Source of the DNA: a virus | Length of the DNA stretch: 64,000 nt | Virus genome (UHGV): UHGV-0180032 | Strand: one strand, 5' to 3' | Shown: positions 56,793 through 64,000 of the stretch, one piece after another | How the letters are laid out: each line of letters begins with the position of its first letter | Numbering within the stretch: the stretch's first letter is position 1 | The notes under the pieces: generated by a model | Seen by the model: only the letters and a program-made list of their open reading frames with translations | Told to the model about the DNA's origin: nothing | Databases searched by the model: none | Position numbers and translations under genes: made by a program

Positions 56793-57269
56793 ATGCGTTT
56801 ATCTAATGTTTATCAAGCAGCCCAATTCCATCACGAACTGACGGCTAAGCCTGAGTATATTCGCCACAACTTAACGGTGGCATGGAAACTGTTAGTGATT
56901 GCTGATGCAGCACGGCACAACGACCAGGAAACCATTATCAAAACTGTGCGTACTTTACGCCCTATTGACCTGGAAACAATTTGGTCGTTTGACTTAACTC
57001 GAATTTATCATCGTCGTTTTAATGCGGCGGTGGATGCGATACGTCCTTATTTCCACTATTTGCAAGCAACATCGGACTGTGGTCCATCCTTAGAGTGGGT
57101 CTTGGTACAAAGCGTATGGAGCGATTACATTTATCTCCTATCTTTAGAGACGGGTGAATGCATTATCGCTAACGAGGTATTCTCAACCAACGCCGAAATG
57201 TATCGTTCCCACGCTACTATCCAGGGTGTCTCACAGCCTATCTTATCACTCACGCACTTAGGGCTGTGA
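56793..57269 (+). CDS. hypothetical protein (158 aa)
   Basis: Track ORF; SD aaggag. Confidence 0.55.
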   Translation: MRLSNVYQAAQFHHELTAKPEYIRHNLTVAWKLLVIADAARHNDQETIIKTVRTLRPIDLETIWSFDLTRIYHRRFNAAVDAIRPYFHYLQATSDCGPSLEWVLVQSVWSDYIYLLSLETGECIIANEVFSTNAEMYRSHATIQGVSQPILSLTHLGL

Positions 57270-57277
57270 TTAGCCCG

Positions 57278-57306
57278 GCCCCGCTGTGTACGGGGCTTCT
57301 TTTTTG
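57278..57306 (+). terminator. intrinsic terminator
   Basis: Stem gccccg/cggggc, loop ctgtgta, then T-run. Confidence 0.6.
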
Positions 57307-57323
57307 CCCAAGGAAACTGAAAC

Positions 57324-57932
57324 ATGAACGAAATTACTTTGGTTCGTTTTATCGAAGCGATGCATCGAAACGAAGCTAATCCGCACTCTCCGTTATTCAT
57401 CGATTTAATGGAGGAAGAAGTCGAAGGGTTCTTAGCGTACCCGCGTTTGAAAGCGTATTTCGAACGTAAAACACCAACCGCTTACGAGAAGTTGATGTAC
57501 GCGTTAGACAACCGTACTACGCTGAACACCACACCGTTTAAAGCGCTGGAAGCAATTGACCCTACCGGGGGCGCAGGTATCCCACAACGTGTTGTGTTCT
57601 ACTACATCGACAACGGCCGTATTAAAGCCGACGTTGTAAACTGGATCTCCGAAGGGGAAATCCCAGAAACGCGTACTTTTAACCTCTGTCCGGTGGAAGA
57701 AGGTTGGGTCGCAGGAACGCATTATTCCTATCCGTATCAAAGCATCAAATCGCCTTATCTGTATCCGGTGTATTTAGATGACGTTACGCCAGGCAAATGT
57801 ATTCCCGTTACCAATCTGATTTGCTTACTGACGATGGAAGTTGTTGCGTCAGATGCAGGCCAGGCTTGGGTTGAGCAATCGAAGAATATCCAAAACTGGC
57901 AGGAGATGGGTTACAAACTCTACCAGCCGTAA
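57324..57932 (+). CDS. hypothetical protein (202 aa)
   Basis: Track ORF; SD aaggaaa. Confidence 0.55.
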   Translation: MNEITLVRFIEAMHRNEANPHSPLFIDLMEEEVEGFLAYPRLKAYFERKTPTAYEKLMYALDNRTTLNTTPFKALEAIDPTGGAGIPQRVVFYYIDNGRIKADVVNWISEGEIPETRTFNLCPVEEGWVAGTHYSYPYQSIKSPYLYPVYLDDVTPGKCIPVTNLICLLTMEVVASDAGQAWVEQSKNIQNWQEMGYKLYQP

Positions 57933-57938
57933 TACCAC

Positions 57939-57988
57939 GAGAGAACCTTCGGGTTCTCTCCCTTCTCTTTTATTTTTTTTTCTTTTTA
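57939..57988 (+). terminator. intrinsic terminator
   Basis: Stem gagagaacc/ggttctctc then long T-run. Confidence 0.65.
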
Positions 57989-58017
57989 CACCACGCTCCG
58001 TGAATATGGAGGTGGAC

Positions 58018-60522
58018 ATGTTAAAAGTTGAACGTATTGTACTTAAAGGATTTACCGGAATGGGGTTACACGAAATCGAAACCTTCGATTTTACTATCCA
58101 TTCCCCGACCACCATTATCCTCGGTGGTAACGGCTGCGGTAAGACCAGCTTACTGTCCGTGTTTCTACCTATCGCACCTTCGAAATCCGAATTCCGTGAC
58201 GGGGGTTCTTACACCAATATCTGTTTGGTTAACGACCATCGTTACAAGTTTAAAGTTGCACGTAAAGGCAACTCACTGGTTTGCGATATCGAGAACCTGA
58301 CGACGGGTACCAAAATCGTCGAGCAAGGTAATGCGAAAGTGTACAACTCTCGCGTGGAAGAAATCACGGGTATTACAAAAGAGATTAAAGAGTTACTGAA
58401 CGGGGAAGTGCTTTTAACCGATGCAGGAACGGAACTGCGTCGTAAGTGGTTCTACCGTTTAAGTACATCAGACTTAACGTACGCGTTAGGTTTTTATCAA
58501 CGTTTACGAAAAAACCTGACGATGCTAAACGGCGGTATTGAAATCACCAGCCGTAAAATTGCAGAGTTGCGTACCCGCGTAATTGATAACGAGGAAGAAC
58601 GACAGCAGTTAGCAACACGGTTAAAAGCATTAGAAGCAGATTTACGTGAACTCAACAAACAGATCGAACAACTGCCTGGTCTGAATCGTGACGTTACGGT
58701 GGCAACGATTCAATCGCTATTGCTTAAAATCGAAGCACCGATTAATGCTATCTTGGAACACCGTGGTGGATTACCTACGGAAGAACAGGTAGAGGAAGCA
58801 CGACGCGTTGAAGCCACTGCCCGTGAAGCGGTGGTCTCTGCTGAAACAGAACTGTCTATGCTAAACAAAGATTTGTCTTTGTTGATGGACGAGTCTACCC
58901 GCCAAGATTACCTGATGCGAAATCACGAAGGGTTAAAGAACACGGTTGCGAAACTGCGCGAGTTATTAAAGCAGTGGGACACTGAGCACCTTTTCCCTGA
59001 ACTGTTTGCGGAGACCGTTAACATCGACCAGCTTAAAGCAGCGACGGATGCGCGTGTCTGGGGACAACGTTTAGGAACAACGCTGGACGCCATTAAATCA
59101 ACGGAACGGTTGAACGTACTGGAAGAGAAACTGTTGACCTTAGACCAAAACTCGTCTGGGTTGCGTGACCGACTGCAACGTGTTGAAAACGTATTGCAGA
59201 ACCTCAACCACGAACGGAATCACTATTTGGAAACCGCCGAGGTTGATTGTCCGCAGTGTCAGTTTAAATTCCGTCCGGGTGTCCGTCGTTCTTTGCCTGA
59301 ATTGGAAGAAGCCATTCGTGGGCAGATGGAGCAACGTAATACGTTACAGACTCAACTTGATTCCGTGTTGCGAGACCGTACGGAATTAGAATCGGACGTT
59401 AATTACATGCGTCAAGTACGAGAAATCGTTTTAACATACTCGAAAGACCCGGTATTGAGTTTGTTCTTTAAACGTCTCCAGGAGCGGAATGTCTTTACGG
59501 ATAACCGCAGTCAGTTCGGCAGTTTGTGCGCAGAGTTCGATCGTGAACTTTATTCCGCAATTGAGTACCACGAAACGAAACACCGTTTCGCTAAAGCGGA
59601 AAAAGAGTGGGCAAACGCAGTTGCAGCGGTAGGTAACGTTGACGGTGCACTACAGCAGAAAATTGCCTTCCAACAGGAACGTTTGGGTAAGGCAACAGAA
59701 ACGCTCTCAGAGCGCCGTAGAGAGCACGCAGTTGCTAATGATACCTTTTGTTATCTAAACGAACTTAAAGCCACTGTAGACAATTTTAATGCGGTTTTTG
59801 AGCGTTTAGAGAACGATGTTAAGGTAACATTAACCAACACGGTGGTCGAAACGTTATTAAACGCCCGAGAAAACAAGTTGGATGCGTTCACCACAGCACG
59901 AGAACGGTATCGTCAAATGGAAAACGAACTCAACCAACTTACTGCGTTAGAAAAGGAGTTATCAGATTTACAAGCGCAGCAATTCAATAACAAGCTGATG
60001 ATTCAAGCGTTCTCGCCCGAGAAAGGGGTACTACGCAAATACTTCTACAACGCTATCGTGAGAATCACGGAATTGATGACGCGGTATATCGAACAAGTCT
60101 GGACCTACCCTATGCGGGTCATGCCGTGTGACTTAACCGACGGTGACTTAGACTACACCTTCCCAGTGCAGTTGAAAACCCATCCTGAACCGGTACCTGA
60201 CGTACGGAAAGGGTCGAAAGCACAGCGAGCCATCTTTAATTTGATGTTTCGTTTAACCGCTTACAAGGCCCTGAAACTCCATCAGTATCCGCTACTGTTG
60301 GATGAACCGTCAGAAGGGATGGATGAAGAACACCGAAATAACCTCGTTGGGTTTATTAAAACCTTGGCGAATTCCGGTGAGTTCTCTCAGTTACTGGTGG
60401 TGTCTCACGAAGCAGAAATTCATTCAAAACTTAACGAAGCCGCATACTGTGTTATTGAACCTGAAGGCGTAACACTGCCTGCGGTTTACAATGAAGGAGT
60501 AAAAATTGTCTACGCAAACTGA
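58018..60522 (+). CDS. Rad50/SbcC-like recombination/repair ATPase with coiled coil and zinc hook
   Basis: Track ORF 57841..60522 trimmed to ATG 58018 (ggaggtgg SD); Walker A GGNGCGKTS, central CPQC hook within coiled coil, C-terminal LLLDEPSEGMD Walker B and SHEAE. Confidence 0.65.
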   Translation: MLKVERIVLKGFTGMGLHEIETFDFTIHSPTTIILGGNGCGKTSLLSVFLPIAPSKSEFRDGGSYTNICLVNDHRYKFKVARKGNSLVCDIENLTTGTKIVEQGNAKVYNSRVEEITGITKEIKELLNGEVLLTDAGTELRRKWFYRLSTSDLTYALGFYQRLRKNLTMLNGGIEITSRKIAELRTRVIDNEEERQQLATRLKALEADLRELNKQIEQLPGLNRDVTVATIQSLLLKIEAPINAILEHRGGLPTEEQVEEARRVEATAREAVVSAETELSMLNKDLSLLMDESTRQDYLMRNHEGLKNTVAKLRELLKQWDTEHLFPELFAETVNIDQLKAATDARVWGQRLGTTLDAIKSTERLNVLEEKLLTLDQNSSGLRDRLQRVENVLQNLNHERNHYLETAEVDCPQCQFKFRPGVRRSLPELEEAIRGQMEQRNTLQTQLDSVLRDRTELESDVNYMRQVREIVLTYSKDPVLSLFFKRLQERNVFTDNRSQFGSLCAEFDRELYSAIEYHETKHRFAKAEKEWANAVAAVGNVDGALQQKIAFQQERLGKATETLSERRREHAVANDTFCYLNELKATVDNFNAVFERLENDVKVTLTNTVVETLLNARENKLDAFTTARERYRQMENELNQLTALEKELSDLQAQQFNNKLMIQAFSPEKGVLRKYFYNAIVRITELMTRYIEQVWTYPMRVMPCDLTDGDLDYTFPVQLKTHPEPVPDVRKGSKAQRAIFNLMFRLTAYKALKLHQYPLLLDEPSEGMDEEHRNNLVGFIKTLANSGEFSQLLVVSHEAEIHSKLNEAAYCVIEPEGVTLPAVYNEGVKIVYAN

Positions 60523-60706
60523 TTGGTGGCGTCAGTTACTAAGCGTTTTAGGGTTTAGCGTCATGGTACTGGTTGCCATTCTGTACGTGCTATTTTGTAT
60601 AACGGCGATTTTATGGGTGGTCTTAGCGTACGCGATTAGACTCGCCTGGGGTTCAATTTGGCACCAACGCGAATGTGAGTGGCGGTGTGTTGGAGGGAAG
60701 TCATGA
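60506..60706 (+). CDS. small membrane protein (66 aa)
   Basis: Track ORF; two hydrophobic segments. Confidence 0.45.
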   Translation: MSTQTDWWRQLLSVLGFSVMVLVAILYVLFCITAILWVVLAYAIRLAWGSIWHQRECEWRCVGGKS

Positions 60707-60813
60707 TTGAGGGTATTCTGTTAACACTTGGGTCGTTGTGGATTATTGGGAAATCCCTCAACTGGCTGATTAATAAGTACGGATGGGCTTTCAAAGGCTC
60801 TACGCACAGTTAA
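60703..60813 (+). CDS. tiny membrane ORF (36 aa)
   Basis: ATGA overlap with upstream stop, ggaggg SD; MIEGILLTLGSLWIIGKSLNWL... Confidence 0.35.
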   Translation: MIEGILLTLGSLWIIGKSLNWLINKYGWAFKGSTHS

Positions 60814-60863
60814 GTTAGAACCCCCTCCTGGGTAACTGGGAGGGCGTTTTACGAGGGGAAACC

Positions 60864-60992
60864 ATGACTGTTGTCAATACTACCAATGCTGCAATTGGCG
60901 CTTTATACAACGCGGAACTAACATGGGGTGCGGGATTTATTACCGTACTGCTTCTCGCCGCAGCCGCTTTTATCATTGGACGTTGGTTTTAA
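60864..60992 (+). CDS. tiny membrane ORF (42 aa)
   Basis: SD gagggga; ...GFITVLLLAAAAFIIGRWF. Confidence 0.35.
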   Translation: MTVVNTTNAAIGALYNAELTWGAGFITVLLLAAAAFIIGRWF

Positions 60993-61024
60993 TTTCATCT
61001 TTTTGCGTCTGTAAGGTCTGATAA

Positions 61025-61468
61025 ATGGAAATTTATTTGTTGAACGCACTTTCTAAAATCGGTGAAGAACAAGCGAAAGATTTACTCGCGCTTCATTACC
61101 GTTACTTAGATCATCAAGCAACGATGCTGAAAATCAAAACCGCTGTACCGAAATTAAACGTGCGTCAACTGATCGAAGGCAACTGTGTTGTTCTGATTTA
61201 TATCGACGATGTTGCGGTGGGTTATTGCAGTTATCGTAATCGCAACGGGGTACTCAAAATTCGTTCGTTATACGTGCTGCCTGATTACCGTCAGCGTGGG
61301 GTAATGAAAGAAATCTTCAAAGCGATAGCCGCTGATGAAGCATTCGGTGAAATTGCCATTGGGATGTACACGAAGTGCAAAGAAGCGAAAGAGTATTTCA
61401 TTCGTCGTGGCTACAAAGCAACCTATTCTCACGATAAAGAATGGGTGGATTTCAGCAAAACTTTCTAA
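61025..61468 (+). CDS. GNAT-family N-acetyltransferase
   Basis: VAVGYCSY...LYVLPDYRQRGV motif pattern typical of GNAT motif A. Confidence 0.5.
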   Translation: MEIYLLNALSKIGEEQAKDLLALHYRYLDHQATMLKIKTAVPKLNVRQLIEGNCVVLIYIDDVAVGYCSYRNRNGVLKIRSLYVLPDYRQRGVMKEIFKAIAADEAFGEIAIGMYTKCKEAKEYFIRRGYKATYSHDKEWVDFSKTF

Positions 61469-61535
61469 AACAATAAAAGGCTCTCTTGACGTTCCTCACT
61501 ATGAGTGTGAGAATTTTACGTCAGGAGAGCTACTT

Positions 61536-61772
61536 ATGTTAAACAGTTTCGGTGTAGGTGGAATGGATACAAGCATTTGCTGGAAAGAATACGAACGCGC
61601 AAAAGCATTTCTCCAGCATCCCAACGTGGGCAAGATCGGTCAGGTGTGTTTTGGTAAACCTGCACTGACGGCCTGTATTCAAGGTGCGTTAGGAACGCTG
61701 CCACCTGAATCACCTTTCGAGCCTAAGGAGAATCCAGATGTTACCAGGAACCCAAACCCCGTATCTATTTAG
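61536..61772 (+). CDS. hypothetical protein (78 aa)
   Basis: Track ORF 61335..61772 trimmed to ATG 61536 (aggag SD), because upstream part overlaps GNAT gene in another frame. Confidence 0.45.
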   Translation: MLNSFGVGGMDTSICWKEYERAKAFLQHPNVGKIGQVCFGKPALTACIQGALGTLPPESPFEPKENPDVTRNPNPVSI

Positions 61773-62112
61773 TGAACCACTGGATAACAGCGACATCTTA
61801 CAAATCTGTTATCAGTGTCACGAAGTCGGTGGTAGTGAACTTACGCGGGTTAATAAACTACTGTGGCTGATTCCAGAAATCGAATTACCGTTCGTTAAAC
61901 CGAGTTTGTGGCGTCGTGGTGCGTGTCGTGAAGCGTATATGCTGTCAAGATTTAACATTAATCTGGAGAAGGTCTGGGAGAAAATGAATGATGCCCAAAC
62001 CCGAGAACAGATTACGCACACGCTGGAATTGCATCTTGCCATGAAACGCCTCGGTCTTGAGCATGAAGGGCTAGAGTCCGTTATCAGTCAATGGGTGAAA
62101 AGGAATCGTTAA
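61738..62112 (+). CDS. hypothetical protein (124 aa) with CYQCH motif
   Basis: Track ORF; SD aaggag. Confidence 0.5.
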   Translation: MLPGTQTPYLFSEPLDNSDILQICYQCHEVGGSELTRVNKLLWLIPEIELPFVKPSLWRRGACREAYMLSRFNINLEKVWEKMNDAQTREQITHTLELHLAMKRLGLEHEGLESVISQWVKRNR

Positions 62113-62212
62113 TGTCTAAAACGTATATAGCGATTTTGGTTGAGTTAGCAATTGGCGGTACGCGGTTTATTCCTGTGCATCAACTGCGCATAGCCCAGTC
62201 GGTAAGACCGTT

Positions 62213-62710
62213 ATGCTAACGATACTTCCAGAATCGGATATTAACAACGACCTGTTTAACGCGCCTGAACGCTTCAAGGTCGTTACGATAAATTGCGTAG
62301 GGGCAATGGGTCGGGGTATCGCTTTAGCGTGCAGAGAACGCTATCCTGGGCTTTATCAGGACTACCGAGAGCGTTGCTTCGCTAACGAAATACGAATAGG
62401 GAATGTGTACGTTTACCCCGAGGAAAACTGCATTCTCTTACCAACAAAAACACATTGGAAACTGAAATCCCAGGTTTCTTATGTTATCGCGGGTATCACC
62501 GCGTTGGCAGATGCCGCAGAAAACTTAGAGGGTGGGGTGGCTTTACCGCCGTTGGGGATGGCTAACGGTTGGTTGACAAAAGCTGAACGTCAACAAATCT
62601 TTTTGTTTATCGAAAAGAAACTCGTACCGAGGAGACAACATTACCGTTTCTATTTACCTGATACGCTTTACCAAGAAGCAAAACCTTTAATTCCAAACCT
62701 TTTTAAATAG
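62213..62710 (+). CDS. macro-domain-like protein (possible ADP-ribose binding/hydrolase)
   Basis: VVTINCVGAMGRGIALA and VALPPLGMANGW loosely resemble macro-domain Gly-rich loops; weak call. Confidence 0.35.
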   Translation: MLTILPESDINNDLFNAPERFKVVTINCVGAMGRGIALACRERYPGLYQDYRERCFANEIRIGNVYVYPEENCILLPTKTHWKLKSQVSYVIAGITALADAAENLEGGVALPPLGMANGWLTKAERQQIFLFIEKKLVPRRQHYRFYLPDTLYQEAKPLIPNLFK

Positions 62711-62810
62711 ATATTATCATTAGGGCACACAACAAAGGAGTACCAGCTGTCCGCGCCGTGATTTCGTTCTACGGAACACGGAAATGTATAAATCCAACTG
62801 GAGAACTAGT

Positions 62811-63497
62811 ATGTTTCGTATTTTCTTTCTTTTACTGGTAACACTTTTCGCGTTTAACGCATACGCATCCAAATCCGCGCCCAGTGCCAAACACCATCGT
62901 GAATTCGAAATGATTCAAGACCGTTTCGAACGTGTAAAACCGTTGATTGTGGAAATCTCCCGAAAGCAGGGCGTCGATCCTAAATTGATGACCACGCTAA
63001 TCTATCGAGAGTCACGGTTTAATCCGAAGGCGTATAATCGAACGTCTAAAGCGCACAGTCTGGTTCAGATGCTACCGAGCACAAAGCGTAATTTGCTAAA
63101 ACTCTACGGCAACGAAATCGGGCTTAGTCGTAACGCGGATTTGTACAATCCTCGCAATGCGGTGCTATTGGCTTCCGTCTACGTTAAACATTTAGAAAAG
63201 GGGTTGACTAAACGACTCAAACGCAAGCCCACTATTGCAGAAATTGCATTGGCTTATCACTGGGGTGAAAGCGGTGCACACGCCAGGATTAAAAGCAAGT
63301 CTCGGGCAGCACAACGAGAAATGGCGAGCTTTATGAAAGATGCAACGTTCTACAGTGCGAAAATCGACAAGCCTGTAGCGTCTCGTCAGCTTGCGTTTGC
63401 GAAGAAACCAGAACGCCAGATTCAGTTAGCGGAAGTTAACCGAATTTGGGATACGATAAACACCAGTTTTCCATTTAAACAAGGAGTCACCCTTTGA
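62811..63497 (+). CDS. secreted lytic transglycosylase (SLT domain)
   Basis: Track ORF 62784..63497 trimmed to ATG 62811 (ggag SD); signal peptide; ESRFNPKAYNRTSKAHSLVQMLPST matches SLT catalytic-Glu motif pattern. Confidence 0.65.
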   Translation: MFRIFFLLLVTLFAFNAYASKSAPSAKHHREFEMIQDRFERVKPLIVEISRKQGVDPKLMTTLIYRESRFNPKAYNRTSKAHSLVQMLPSTKRNLLKLYGNEIGLSRNADLYNPRNAVLLASVYVKHLEKGLTKRLKRKPTIAEIALAYHWGESGAHARIKSKSRAAQREMASFMKDATFYSAKIDKPVASRQLAFAKKPERQIQLAEVNRIWDTINTSFPFKQGVTL

Positions 63498-64000
63498 GCA
63501 TCGTTGTAACCGATTGGTATAAAGGTATCACTAAGGCTACCCAACTTACTGCCCAGGACGTATACAGCATCGTTCGTAGCAGTAGCGAAGACCAGATAAA
63601 GTCCGACGAAGACTTTGCAACGCGTCATGAGTTTTACGATGCCCTTAAAACGGCTTTCGGTGATGACGAAGAAGAAGGTTTAGAGTTTGACTGGAATGTC
63701 AACCTTGCCTTGTTGTGGATTTGCGGATTACGTCCGAGTGTGAAAGACACGGAGCAAGGGAAAGTTCTGTTGTGGCACTACACCGGTAAATACAATCCGA
63801 ACCAGGTCTTTAAAGAAGCGTATATGGAAGCCACTGTAGAGTTACAGAATCTGCTGTTGGGTGAGAACACCTACTGCCAGCGTAGCTTCCTGACGATTCT
63901 GGAGAAACTGGCGACTACGCACAAAATCTGGCGACAGGCAGATGCCCCTGAACACATCTTCGTTCTGGAATTTGCTGTGATTCCAAACCAACCGTTCTTC
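63494..64000 (+). CDS. hypothetical protein, 3'-truncated by window end
   Basis: Frame open from 63479 to window end; TTG at 63494 preceded by aaggag SD; no ATG available. Confidence 0.45.
   Translation, partial: MSIVVTDWYKGITKATQLTAQDVYSIVRSSSEDQIKSDEDFATRHEFYDALKTAFGDDEEEGLEFDWNVNLALLWICGLRPSVKDTEQGKVLLWHYTGKYNPNQVFKEAYMEATVELQNLLLGENTYCQRSFLTILEKLATTHKIWRQADAPEHIFVLEFAVIPNQPFF

Noticed and set aside
1-64000. tRNA genes, integrase or transposase, and prophage att sites
   Set aside because: Intergenic regions inspected by eye showed no tRNA-like cloverleaf signatures and no integrase- or transposase-like ORFs; a tRNAscan-SE run would be needed to exclude tRNAs formally.

Overview
The window reads as a contiguous segment of a large virulent tailed-phage genome (myovirus-like), probably infecting Enterobacterales; this host call is an inference from host-like Ivy and BhsA/DUF1471 homologues. 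Genes are tightly packed with ATGA-type overlaps and Shine-Dalgarno sites, and no tRNA, rRNA, CRISPR array or obvious transposase was recognised by eye. Layout: (1) 1-4130, small plus-strand genes of unknown function; (2) 4151-14884, a tail-fibre module with a 1541-aa long tail fibre (fibre repeats, C-terminal intramolecular-chaperone-like domain) followed by two tandem gp38-like tip adhesins; (3) 15000-21600, small genes punctuated by a conserved promoter-like box plus stem-loop; (4) 23124-24989, a lysis cassette (GH108 lysozyme, small membrane ORF, DUF1353-like, M15 peptidase); (5) 26761-47357 on the minus strand, four fibre-like proteins sharing an N-terminal module (three of them 1394-1728 aa) followed directly by three tandem Cys-rich precursor-like ORFs and two radical-SAM enzymes, one with a SPASM-type C-terminal Cys cluster; (6) 48738-57932, a BhsA-like protein, a four-member paralogous family and five small secreted proteins including an Ivy-like lysozyme inhibitor; (7) 58018-64000, a Rad50/SbcC-like ATPase, three tiny membrane ORFs, a GNAT, a macro-domain-like protein and a secreted lytic transglycosylase. 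The strongest candidate for an undescribed system is the Cys-rich peptide / radical-SAM locus at 27940-32253, which looks like a phage-borne ranthipeptide/SCIFF-like RiPP cluster or a radical-SAM crosslinking system for structural proteins. All functional calls rest on motif recognition by eye and recalled family signatures; no database search was run.
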